Positions 46,301-58,918 of a stretch of 64,000 nt of DNA are shown in pieces (position 1 is the stretch's first letter; every line of letters begins with the position of its first letter). A program made the translations under genes and the position numbers. The notes beneath the pieces were generated by a model. That model had not been told where the DNA came from, ran no database searches, and was given only the letters and a program-made list of their open reading frames with translations. This DNA comes from Sporopachydermia quercuum (taxonomy: Eukaryota), in the NCBI GenBank assembly GCA_001599295.1, contig BCGN01000007.1:570433-634432 (forward strand). Direction: 5' to 3'.

Positions 46301-48920
46301 ACTCGTTAAAGCTTTAGAAGATATTATGGTACATTATGATGGTACTACTAGAAATTCTCTTGGTGATATCATTCAATTCATGTATGGTGAAGATGGATTG
46401 GATGGTGCACAAGTTGAGAAACAATCATTAGATACTATTTCAGGTTCTGATGATGCATTTGTTAAAAGATATAAAATCGATATTATGGATTCTAAAAGTG
46501 GAATTGATCCAAATTTGATTGAGTCTGGTACCTCTATTTTTGGTGATATTGAAATACAGTCGCTTTTAGATGAGGAATATGATCAATTGTGTGCTGATAG
46601 AGCTCTTCTTAGATCATTTATCTTCCCTACTGGTGAAAGCGGATGGCCATTACCTGTCAACATTAGAAGAGTTTTGGAAGATGCTCAACAGATTTTTAGA
46701 GTTGATAAGTCTAAGGCAAGTGATTTGTCTATCCCTGAAATTGTTAACTCTGTTAAAGATGTTTGTTCACGATTGAGAGTTATTGGAGGTGAAGGAAAAC
46801 TAATCACTGAAGCTCGTAAGAATGCTACATATCTCTTCCAATGCTTAGTACGTTCAAGATTGGCTACTAGAAGAGTTCTTGAAGAGTATCATTTGAACCG
46901 TACGGCGTTTGATTGGGTTTTAGGCGAAATCGAATCATTGTTCCAAAAGGCAATTGTTCATCCTGGCGAAATGGTAGGCGTTATTGCAGCCCAATCAATT
47001 GGTGAGCCTGCTACTCAAATGACACTGAATACTTTCCATTACGCTGGTGTTTCGGCTAAAAATGTTACATTGGGTGTTCCCCGTCTTAAGGAAATTCTTA
47101 ACGTTGCTAAGAATATCAAAACTCCTAGAGTGTTTGTTTATATGAACGATGAATATGCTTATAATGCTGCCAGGGCTAAGAGCATTCAAGGTGCTTTGCA
47201 ACATACTAATCTACGAGCAGTTACTAAGTTAACTGAAATTTACTACGATCCTGAAGGTAAAACTACCGTTATAGAAAAAGATAAAGAAATGATGCAAGCA
47301 ATTGCTGAATTCCCTCCTTACGATGATTATGAAGAGAAAGTAGCGATGCAGTCTCCATGGCTTCTTCGTATTGAACTTGATCGTGTCAAATTGATTGATA
47401 GAGGCCTTGTAACAGAAGATGTTGCTAAAGCTATCGCTGAGCAATTTGGTGATGATTTACTGGTTGTTTGGGGTGATGATAATAAAGACCATATAATCAG
47501 ATGTAGAGTTGTCAGGGATCCTAAATTAATCGATGAAGAAGCAGTTGCAGAAGAAGATCAGATCATCAAGAACATTGAATCCCAAATGCTCGATTCAATT
47601 TCTCTTCGTGGTATTCCAGGTATTGGTCGTGTATATATGAAACAAGAAAAGAGACCGTTGATTTCTGAAGATACAGGTGATTATAAGATTGCTGAAGAAT
47701 GGGTATTAGAGGCTGAAGGTAGTAATTTGAATGAAGTTATGCAATTTGAAGGCGTTGATATGACCAGGGCTTACTGTAACTCTTTTGTTGAAGTTCTATC
47801 TGTCCTTGGTATTGAAGCTGCTAGAAGCTCTTTATATAAAGAAGTTCTTAACGTCATTTCCTTCGATGGTTCTTATGTTAACTATAGACATATGGCATTA
47901 CTTGTCGATGTTATGACATCTAAGGGTCATTTGATGGCTATCACTAGACATGGTATCAATAGATCAGATACTGGTGCTCTAATGAGATGTTCTTTCGAAG
48001 AAACTGTTGAAATCTTGTTTGAAGCAGGTGCAGCAGCCGAACTTGATGACTGTTATGGTGTATCTCAAAACATTTTATTGGGTCAATTGGCTCCAATGGG
48101 TACTGGTGCTTTTGATATCTTCTTAGATGATGAAATGCTGAACACTTTGCCTGTTAGTTATACAGGAGCTCAAGCAGCGCCCATCATTTCAAACTTGAAT
48201 GATGCTGAAGGTGCTGCTACTCCTTATGACAATAGAACACCTCTATATGATGAAGATTCTCTTCCAGAAGCTGGATTAATGTTCTCTCCCATCGTGGAAC
48301 ATCAAAAGGAAGACAGAGGTGGATTTACAGAGTATGGTGGATTTTCCGCTAAAAGTCCTGGTTATAATACTGCTAGCTCACCATTCTCATCAAGTTACAG
48401 CTCTTTAGCTTCCTCCAGCTATGGTTCATCGGGGTCTTACTCTCCATCATCTCCTCAATACAGTATGACATCACCTCAGTATTCTCCGTCATCACCACAG
48501 TATTCACCTACTTCACCTCAATATTCACCAACTTCACCACAGTACTCGCCTACTTCACCACAGTACTCGCCTACTTCACCACAGTACTCGCCAACCTCAC
48601 CACAGTACTCGCCAACCTCACCACAGTACTCGCCTACATCTCCTCAATTCTCGCCAACATCTCCGCAGTATTCGCCAACTTCCCCCCAATACTCGCCTAC
48701 TTCCCCCCAGTATTCCCCCACGTCACCTCAATATTCTCCTACGTCTCAGCAGTACTCTCCTACGTCTCCTCAATACTCACCCACCTCACCCCAGTATTCA
48801 CCAACATCTCCTCAATATTCACCCACTTCACCGCAATATTCACCCACTTCACCACAGTATTCACCAACATCTCCTCAATATTCGCCTAGATCACCAGGCA
48901 GTAATGATCCGGGTAATTAA
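43386..48920 (+). CDS. RPB1: RNA polymerase II largest subunit, 5 exons (introns 43440-43535, 43569-43655, 43782-43880, 43954-44055)
   Basis: [34 protein letters not shown] heptads. Confidence 0.99.
48438..48899 (+). repeat. CTD: 22 tandem heptads, consensus YSPTSPQ
   Basis: 462 nt = 22 x 21 nt, read from the translation. Confidence 0.95.
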
Positions 48921-49554
48921 AGTTGTAGTCTTTTGAATACAGCATGTATTGGCTTGTCTCAGCATGCTATATACTCAGTCTTTTCGAATTAGAATTATAA
49001 GTGGATAAGTATCGAGAACGGTACTGATGATGTGATCATTAGTTTTTGGAGAAGAGAGAAAAAAGAAAAAAGAGGTTGTTGGGAGTTGAGAAAAATAAGT
49101 GCTGTATTATGAAAAAAAAAGAACGTGATTTAATTAATAGGAAAAAATATAAACAAAAAAGATAGATAATGAACTTCTTGCAGCTTCTTATTGCTTTGAA
49201 ATGTCTGTTGTTTCATTTGTTGAAATAATTCTTTTAAACCTCATCATGAAGAATGATTTGTGTTGTATTTGTATAGAATTCGATATAAGATAAAAAAAAT
49301 AAACTAGGATATTCTATTTGTTAATCAATACAGCAATCAACGTGTTAATGGTTTATATGGTTTTCTACTACCGTATCAATTTCATCATACAAATACATCC
49401 AAATGCATCATCCATAAATGATAAATGATAAAACATTATATGCTAAACACTAAACTAAGTCGCATTGATGATATTTATTGACTCAAAAGTTAAGTCAAGC
49501 CATCTACAGTTCAATAAAATCCTTATTTCTCACGCTCTCTCATCACTAATCTTC

Positions 49555-50800
49555 TCATTTCTTCGTTAGAATTGTCACCGCATTTTTTGAGAACACGTAG
49601 GAAAATCCACTCAATAGAGTGGTAGATGCAACAAAGTAGCCATAATACTCCATCATAATATTTAGTTCATTCATACTCTCAATACTTATTACAGCACTTA
49701 ATACTGGAGATACCATCGAAACACCAATATAAATCATTTGAAACAAAGTATTAAACTTAGATATTTGAGTAGGATGAACTTCTGCTGAAGGAATGCTGAA
49801 ATCCCAATACCTTAAGAATGTCTTTGGTGGTGGCAATGAAATATACCGATAGAACAAAGCTGATACACCTAGTAGGACGTCTCTACCGAGTACGACAATT
49901 GCAAGATACACTATTTGACGGTTAGTAAGAGAAAGAAAGAAAACTTGAGAACAACAGTTGGTTACGTATAAAGAAGTCTCTCCCAGAGAACAATGATATG
50001 CCATATTACATCATAGGGTAGGCAACAGTATAAAAGATTTTCAAAAAAACCAGATACTTACAAGGGATTTGACCAGCTTGAGCTAGACAAGCAGTACAGA
50101 TCACCATCAAGGACTTGTCAGCCAAAGGATCTATCACTGATCCAACTACTGTTTTCAAATTATATTTTCGAGCAATAAATCCATCAACAAAATCAGTAAC
50201 ACATGAATAAACAAATAAACCCAACGCTGCAACTGTTTGGTCTTTTACTATAAGATATCCAATTATTGGAGCTGCTATTATTCTTGTGGTTGTGAGAAAG
50301 TTTGGTAGAGTATAAATATTCTCATGCTGTGGTATAAGTTTATTCACTGCTTCTTTCATTTGATCTTTCGAGTGCTTGATTGATTTACTCAATTTCATGT
50401 TTCTGACTCTTTCCTTCGTGTTTTCAGTCGAGTCTTTCAACTTGGTTTTGAAAGTTTCTATTTGCTTCAGATTCTTTTCATTTAACATTGTCCCCCCAGA
50501 TTTTATATTCTTAACATCACCCACATCTTTACCCTGAGATAAACCATTTTCTTCTTTATTCTGAGTTTTATTCGCTGACCCTGATGCTTGTTTCCCTTTA
50601 AATTGTAGCAGTATTGGATTCACTGAAAACCTTCTGGTCCACTGAATTTGTTGTTTTCTGCATATTCCTGACGAGCTAGCAAACCAACTTCGTCTATCAA
50701 TCCAGAACTCTGCATTTCTGCTTAAATGTGTTCGAATTATCATTGATCTACCAACTTGATGGCAATTACTGGAGACATTTAATCTTGAAATGATTGTCAT
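49555..50800 (-). CDS. CRD1: Cardiolipin synthase, 2 exons (intron 49911-50061)
   Basis: ENIYTLPNFLT, TDFVDGFIARK..GSVIDPLADK (CDP-alcohol phosphotransferase motif), PTQISKFNT. Confidence 0.94.
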
Positions 50801-52285
50801 TTTCAAAATTCAGACTCTTTACTCTTGATTTCTTTGTTGTGCTCAATTATACTTTCAAAAGAATGTTCGTGAAAATAAAAGTAAATCAAACCATATGATC
50901 TAATTCTGAAAAATTAGTCAGCTTCTACTCTAGTCAGTAGCAATTCAAACGCAATTTACCACCAATAACAATAAAAATGGTTGCGTAGAATTAATTGTTA
51001 AATGATGATTCTTCTCCCGTTGAACTTTTGTAAACATCTCACTCATTTCATCCTTTATTATTCTCTACTATTAACTCAAACGACGAATCAAATACTTCAT
51101 TCCTTCCCTCTCCAGAAGTGAAAAAATGAATGAAAGAACGAAAACTATAAGAGGGAAGCAATTACTGGAAGCCAAAAAAGATGATCGTTATACTTCCACA
51201 AAACAGTCTTTCCAATAGTTAGAGTAACAACAGTATATACGAATATTTCAAGTTATTGTTTTATATGATGAAGTGATAAGCAGAATAATGGCAAAGACTT
51301 GAATAATTGAAAAGAATGAAAAATACAAAAACGCCATTCGTTTTCGGAGATGTCATGGTCTGCATCCTATTGCATAAGAGTGCGTATGAGGTGGATCTCT
51401 ACTTATAATCAGTCTACTTTTCTGCAAAAGTCAAACCGGGTTTCAACTGACGGTACTTATTCTGAATTATTGCTAGCATAATAATTTTACTAAGAAGAAA
51501 ATTGTCATAGATTATCACTAGGAAAGACATTCGATTAATCATTACAGCCATCCTTGCAACTAATTCTACTTTGTTCATGAATATTTAGTGAATGCATGAA
51601 ATGATGAACCTGAATTGACAGCTTAGAAGTTGAGTTCTCGTTGATCTGCGCATTCAATTTTCCTTGTAGCTTTTTCGTTTATCACAATAGCTTGTTTATT
51701 ATTGCGCAAGAGTGGTTAATATCGTCTTGAGTTTGACAAGTTTGCAATTTCATATCAAATTATTATTAATATGAATCCAACCAAAGTCTGATCTACTCAT
51801 TTCCCCATTCAATATATTACATAATCAAAAAATATATGTACTAACTAAACTTAGCCAACTTCATAAAGGGAGCATTGACGGATTGAACGAGTAGAGATAT
51901 TCTTCAACATAAGACATAAACGAATGGATGGTAGTGACAGTAAAAAAGAATCAGGTACTAGAAATCCGTGTTTACTTTAGATATTCTTCGAAAACTAAAA
52001 CTGTTTGGTGTAAACAAAAATCAGCATTGAAACAAGAGTTCATAGTTGGTTTGATACCAGAAAAAGAAACGATTGATCGCTAATCAATTTGATCAGGTAT
52101 TGAATTAGTGATTTGAGATTAACAATTGAATCATATCGAATATATTGCTAAAAGTAAACGTTCCTCATCAAGGGTTGAAAACAACTTATCAAGTGGGATA
52201 TCAATTTTACGGAGTCTCATGCAGAGGATCGAATACAAAGACCCTACTGATAGAAGCATCTGTTATATTGCGAAACTTTAGAACC

Positions 52286-54388
52286 ATGTCGACTGGCAAC
52301 TTGAAAGCAACTGAGCGAAAGCTCAAAATGAACGTTTTGGTTTATAATGGCCATGGATCTACAGCAGAATCAGTAAAGCATTGTGTTGAGACACTTAGAA
52401 CCTTTCTATCGCCGTACTATGCAGTTTTCAGCGTTGATGCTCCAACGTTAAGAAAAGAACCATGGGTTGCAACCACAGCTCTTCTGGTTTTGCCTGGAGG
52501 GGCAGATTTACCATTTTGTAATGAATTTAATGGCCAAGGTAATCAGATTATCTCAAAGTATATCAGAAAAGGTGGTAACTACTTAGGCTTTTGTGCTGGA
52601 GGTTATTATGGAAGCTCATATTGCGAGTTTGAAGTTGGTAGACCTGCTATGGAAGTTAGCGGTCCTCGTGAGCTGGAGTTCTATCCCGGGATTTGCAGAG
52701 GATGTGCTTATAAAGGCTTTGTTTATGAGCATGAGAATGGTTCAAGGGCAGCAGGTGTAAAAGTGAATAATGCAGCGTTTCCAAATGGTAGTTTGAATGA
52801 TTTCAAATGTTATTACAACGGTGGAGGTGTNTTTGTTGATGCTAATACAATCTCTGCTAATTCTTCTAATATTGAAGTACTAGCAGATTACGATACAAAT
52901 TTGGAGCCCTTAAATGTCGATGGAGGGTCAGATTCGTCAGCTGCATGTGCCGTATTTTGTAGTGTTGGTCAAGGCAGGGCTATCTTAACAGGTATACATC
53001 CCGAATTTATTCCAAATAAAATGAAAGACGACAAAAATGACATTCATTTTAGTGCAGTGGTGAATGAGATAAAAAAGTACAACAAGGACAGAGAGGAGTT
53101 TGTTAAGGCTTTACTTAAGAAGCTTGGACTCAAGGTAAATGAGCAACAAATTGCTATTCCAAGACTAACCAATCTTAAACTAACAGCTGCTTATCCTGGC
53201 CTTGTCAAGAACCTAATTGAGTCATGGGCAACAAATATTGGCTTTAAAGGAGATAATCATAATCTTTTAGAAGGATATAATGATACATTTAGATTGGTTG
53301 ACTCTCAGGATGGTGAGCAAATAGTAGTTGTACCAGAGACGACTCAAGAAGAAGAACTACTTGAATTTGAGGATCCCAACAAAGTAGTCAAAACAGTTGA
53401 AGTATTCTACTCAGGGTATCCTCCGCATAAATCAACTCCTTACTTTAACGTTGAAATGTATTATAATCAACTGAAAAAATCAAGAGAACATGCTTCAGCC
53501 TATGTTGGTGATATTGGTACCTATCTTATGTATGGTGAAGTTGTTACTTCTACATCAACAATGCTTGATAAGAATTTCAACCTTCTGCAATATATGCCAC
53601 ATGGATTTTGTAATGTTGGAACAATTCAAGTTGCTGGGAGAGGAAGAGGGGGAAATCCATGGGTGAATCCACCGGGAGTTTTAGCTACCTCAGTTGTTTT
53701 ACGTATGCCATTAGAGCAAGGGAAGCTTTCACCTATAGTTTTTGTTCAATATCTTGTTTCATTGGCATTGGTTGAAGCAGTTCTAAACTATGGTAAAGGT
53801 TATGAGGAGATGCCTATCCATTTGAAGTGGCCGAATGATCTTTATGCTCTTAACCCTAATGAATTAGGAATCAACGTTGGCCAAACCCAAACTGATGATA
53901 AATTTCTCAAGCTAGGTGGTGTACTAGTGAATACTAATGTTATTGGTCAAGAATATGTATTAGTGTTTGGCTCAGGTATCAATGTATCAAATGAAGCACC
54001 TACAACCTCATTAAATCTGATACTAAATGCTCTTAATAAAACTCGTGAAAGTGAAGGATCAGCTCCTTTAGAACCTTATAGGATGGAAACTCTCCTTGGC
54101 AGGTTTTTTGCAACATTGGAAGAAATGTTCACTATATTTAGGTATCAAGGATTCAGACCGTTTGAGCAGCTTTATTATTCCAGATGGTTGCATTCTGATC
54201 AAATTGTTCATCTAGAAACGCATGAGAATACAAGAGCAATGATTAGAGGTATTACTATGGATTATGGAATGCTTATCGCCGAAGAAGTTGATAGGTCTAA
54301 TCGACCAACCGGTCGTAAGTTTGAATTGCAACCCGATGGTAACTCTTTTGATATGTTCAAAGGACTCATCAGCAGGAAAATAACGTAA
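52286..54388 (+). CDS. BPL1: Biotin:apoprotein ligase
   Basis: MNVLVY, PGGADL, GFCAGGY, QVAGRGRGGNPW, KWPND, LQPDGNSFDM; first ATG 52286. Confidence 0.95.
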   Translation: MSTGNLKATERKLKMNVLVYNGHGSTAESVKHCVETLRTFLSPYYAVFSVDAPTLRKEPWVATTALLVLPGGADLPFCNEFNGQGNQIISKYIRKGGNYLGFCAGGYYGSSYCEFEVGRPAMEVSGPRELEFYPGICRGCAYKGFVYEHENGSRAAGVKVNNAAFPNGSLNDFKCYYNGGGXFVDANTISANSSNIEVLADYDTNLEPLNVDGGSDSSAACAVFCSVGQGRAILTGIHPEFIPNKMKDDKNDIHFSAVVNEIKKYNKDREEFVKALLKKLGLKVNEQQIAIPRLTNLKLTAAYPGLVKNLIESWATNIGFKGDNHNLLEGYNDTFRLVDSQDGEQIVVVPETTQEEELLEFEDPNKVVKTVEVFYSGYPPHKSTPYFNVEMYYNQLKKSREHASAYVGDIGTYLMYGEVVTSTSTMLDKNFNLLQYMPHGFCNVGTIQVAGRGRGGNPWVNPPGVLATSVVLRMPLEQGKLSPIVFVQYLVSLALVEAVLNYGKGYEEMPIHLKWPNDLYALNPNELGINVGQTQTDDKFLKLGGVLVNTNVIGQEYVLVFGSGINVSNEAPTTSLNLILNALNKTRESEGSAPLEPYRMETLLGRFFATLEEMFTIFRYQGFRPFEQLYYSRWLHSDQIVHLETHENTRAMIRGITMDYGMLIAEEVDRSNRPTGRKFELQPDGNSFDMFKGLISRKIT

Positions 54389-54574
54389 TCAAGAGGATGA
54401 ATAGACNGCAGATCCTAAACAATGAGTATGACAGTATTATATTTTCATTTGGGGAACAATATATTACATCATAGATGCGTTTGCAAAAACGCTGGGAAAT
54501 AAACAATATCAGTGAAACTTGAGGTATAGCATGATTTAGCCTTCTGTATAAATTAGAACGATTATTTAAATCGA

Positions 54575-55690
54575 TCAAAAAAGACTCAAACCAGAACAAA
54601 CAATGAAAATGCCTATAAAAAAACATGTCCATTTCCTTATTAGTTCAGGATCGTTTGTTAATCCAGCTGAATTAACAGAACAATTGGTACATGAGTATGC
54701 TACATGGCTCAGTTAGTACTAATTCGTAGCTACTCTGGACTTATTAAGCCATTTTCAAAGTACAAATCAAAAGCATTTAGCATTCAAATATTTCCATTAC
54801 TTACTCTCGACAGGTAATCTTGCTTGTGGTGAATAAACTCCAAAAATGTAACGATTATAAGTACCCAGATAACCAGCCGATGGAGATGAGTCTAGATCTT
54901 CGTCAGAATCATAAATTATCAGTGTATAATCGGCACTAACAAGAATCTTGGTTAGAACATGCGTATATGGATTGTTATAAACTTAGAAGGAACACAAAAA
55001 ATCATTGCCAAAACAAACATACTTTATTAGTTTCACTTCATTTTCTGTCTGATAATTACCAGTATCCCAAGTAAAATTGGTATCAGATGCTTTATGAGAT
55101 TCTGCTAATGTATAAGTATAACTATTACTTTCACAGTAGGCTTCAATGTTGATATATTTGGGCGTGACTATCAAATCAGTATAATTCCAAGCAAACGTTG
55201 CATTTGATCCGATTTTTATGTATGTAACTGCTGTGGTTGTGGGAACAACGAGGTCAATACCTCCAGCTGGTAATACAGGGTTTATTGATATACTTGTAGT
55301 AGAAGAAGAGGCTTTCGAAGATGCTTTTGATGAGCTGGTGGAAGTTTTCGAAGATGCTTTAGTTGTTGAAGAAGAAGAAATGCTTCTCTTTGATTCTATA
55401 GTTGATGATTTATCTTCTATTTTGTTATCGTCGGTATTAGAGACAGTTTTACTTTGAGTTTTATCGTTTCCGTCACTAGTGGTTTCATCTTTATTGGCAT
55501 CTGTTTTCAACCGAAGTAAAGAATCTGAGCTACGTGATGTTTCATCCCGTTTTAGAAGATTGGCAGGTGCTAGGTCGTTTGCGATATCTCCATCATTGGA
55601 ATCTGAAAAGGATGATAAGGCTATAATTGTCACTGAATGGAACAGTAGTAATAGACATGTTATCTCAAAGAGTAAGTATTTCGTCCTCAT
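54575..55690 (-). CDS. Secreted Ser/Thr-rich membrane-anchored protein of a conserved fungal family (S. pombe SPBC1E8.05-like), 3 exons (introns 54936-55022, 54700-54804)
   Basis: Signal peptide, Kex2-like KR, LPAGG..YIKIG..TFAWNYT, YTLIIYD, GYL..FGVYSPQ, CTNCS, hydrophobic tail. Confidence 0.75.
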
Positions 55691-56386
55691 GGTTCAATAG
55701 GTATATGCAAGTAGTTGGTATATAGGATAGTAGTTGTTCTTTCAAGATGTTCACTCATCCAATAAGTTACTCAGTCCCTATGGTGCAAAAGACTTCACAA
55801 CTGAATAGACGGGATAAAATAGTATTTAATGACTATCTGATCTTCCTTTCTACAGCAATGACTAATGAGTTACTTTAAGTCGAAAAACAAGATGGATGAT
55901 ATAGTGGATCAATGATGAAAAATCCATTCAATCAACGGACCCTCTAATACATCAAGTTCACAGTTGCTTACTAGAAATTGAGCAAACAATGACAGCACAC
56001 TTTTTCAACATCTAATGAAATTCACTCAATAAACGTGAGATTCTAGAAACTTGGTCTCATAATCTCACAGCTTCTTTCCAGAGTCACAGCAAGCATCAAA
56101 TAACAGGATGGATGGATTTATTTATTGTCTAAAAATAACAATGTTATTAATCACCCAAAAATGGAATTATCATCAAAGTTTAAGTAAAATATAGAGCGAG
56201 ACGTGAAGGTAGGAGCATTGTTATTTAAGTGATGACATAAACCTTACCTGAAACAACGAAGTAAGGTTTTGAGAGATGAATGATGAAATTACATCCAAGC
56301 AAGGTTGGAGATTAATTTCTACGAACGAGAAAATTATCGAACAAAAGCTATAAGATATTAACATTATATTANGTGTATATTCTAAA

Positions 56387-58145
56387 TCATCGGGAGAAAG
56401 CAATATCGTCAATTCTTAGAATTGATTTTACACATTCAGCAGACAATTGAATTGCACTTGTACTAACCAAAACAGGTTGTAACACATTTTCATCAAAGAT
56501 ATTTGAAGCTGTACCTCTTCTGACACTAACACCGGCATTATACTCACCATTCTCGTGTTTGTTTCTCAAATCAGTTACAACGTTTATACTATTCAAACCA
56601 GCATTCTCAGCCAATGTTGTAGGAATGATCTCTAAGGCTTCAGCAAATTCAGCCCAGCAAATAGCTTCAGTACCAGTGAGTGCTCTACTATGTTTCAATA
56701 ACTGTCTTGACACTTCGATTTCTGGGGCACCGCCACCAGCAATCAAGGCCTTTTCTTTCACTAAACAACGAACGACACATAAGGCATCATGTAATGATCT
56801 TTCGGTTTCATCAACTGTTAAAGAATTTGCTCCTCTACAAATGATTGAGCAAGTGGATGTCTGAACGTTCTTAACACCTGTAACTTTCACTATTTTACTA
56901 CCATGTGATTCAACTTCTTCAACCAAATCAGCATAACCTAATCTATCTTCAGTAAATGAATCGATATCGGCGATTGGTTTACAGCCGGTACTCCTAGCAA
57001 CAAATTCGATTTCTTCTCGCTCAATATCCTTAATTACCAAAATGTTAAGCTTTGCCAAGAAATGAAGAGACAAATCATTAACTGCATCTCTCAAGATGGA
57101 TTTTTGAATCAAGAGAACGTTACATTTAGCCTTTTTAATCTTCTTGCAAATGTTCAATAAATAGGCTCTTTCTTCCTTTAAAATCTTATCCATTTGTCTA
57201 TAATCATTAACAACTATATTATTTTCCATATCAGGTTTTGGAGGTGATAATTGAAACTGAATAAGACCAATTCTTGCTTTTTCCATTCGAATTGGGCCTC
57301 CAGCGTTTTTCAAAACAGGTTGAGTTAATATTAATCCTTCGCTCAATTCTGTATCTTCAATAGTACCACCCACTTTCTTAACCAATCGAATATCGTTTAG
57401 ATCGAAGTTTGTAGCGGTTTCAGGGTCAATAATCTTGAGCACAGCATCAACAACCAAAGGGGAAAGATGTGAAGAATATTGTGAAACGATCTTAGAATTT
57501 AATGACGTGGATGCAGCCTTGATCAATTGATCCCTGTTGGATAAAGTAATCTTAGTTGACATGTTTAACAGAACTTCAACAGCTCTAGCTGCAGCTCTTT
57601 GGAAAGACTCAGCAATAATAGTAGGATGAACACCTTTCTTTAGCAACTTCTCAGCTGCACCCAATAAGCCACCAGCAATAACAACAACAGACGTTGTTCC
57701 ATCGCCAGCTTCCACGTCTTGGGCAGCTGACAGATCGACCAACATTTTTGCTGCCGGATGTAAAACTGCCATATGTTGCAAAATTGTATGTCCATCATTT
57801 GAAATAATTACTTCTCCTTTACTGGTTTTCACCTGTATCTAAAGTTAGTGACTGTATTTGGAAAATCCCTCTGAATGGAGAAGATTGTTCACGTAGTATC
57901 TCTAACCATTCTAAACATACCATTTTATCCATTCCTTTAGGTCCAAGAGAAGTTCTGATAGCATCTGCAACAGCTAGAAACCAGTTAGTATACCATATAG
58001 CACAACATAAGTACAATATCTCTTCAACCCATAACCTATAAATATGAAACTCACCTCGGGCTGCTAAGATGTTACTTTTTCGAACCTCCTGAGGCTTGTC
58101 TTTGTCCTTGAAAGTACTATTTGATGGATTAACAACAGCCGCCAT
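56387..58145 (-). CDS. CCT4: Chaperonin CCT/TRiC delta subunit, 3 exons (introns 57974-58054, 57833-57920)
   Basis: [42 protein letters not shown]. Confidence 0.97.
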
Positions 58146-58918
58146 GGTGTCTTACAATGTGAATGTATTTAATGTTTCGACAAAACAATTGTTGACTATT
58201 TCAGTTCGACTAATCTCTACCAAACTTAATAAAGCAGAAAGCCAGCTGGTAACTTGAAAAATATTTCAACCGCTGTAAGATAAGTTGGAAAATCAACCCC
58301 AAAATCATTCGAATCATTATTTCGATGGCGCACAGTATTTTCATCTATTCATGTATTTTTCACACGTACTGGTTTTCAATAGTAATTTTCCAGAATGGCG
58401 TTCTACACTCCCCAAGACTGACAAGGATTACCCGTAAGTGTCTGTTAGAATGGATTCAATTAGGTCTCACTTAAAAGGAATACTGTTTCAGGAACGAGAC
58501 CTAATAATTCTTGGTTCTCTTTTATGATTACGTAACCTATTTGGTGTAACATGCCACATAAATAACATTCTTAGTAAAAAGTCGATTTGTATGAGTATTC
58601 TCTGAGTAGAGATGGTAGGTTGCCATTATATTTAGTGACATATGTTGTATATCAACATTCCAAATAATCAATTTGAAACCCACCGAATCTATGACTGGAA
58701 TTTTAGGAAAAGATTATTGTGGTCAAAGAAGAGAGGTCGAGAATAAAGAAGAGGAAAAAAAAGTGAACTTGTTAAGTATCATCCAGTGTAACAGATAAAA
58801 CAAAAGACAGGATAGCTGACTATCATTTTTATCACAATAGTTTATGCCAAAAGACGAAGCACTTTTGTATAGAATAGTTGGTCATTTTTTCATTCTCGTA
58901 CATAATTACTAAGAAAAT

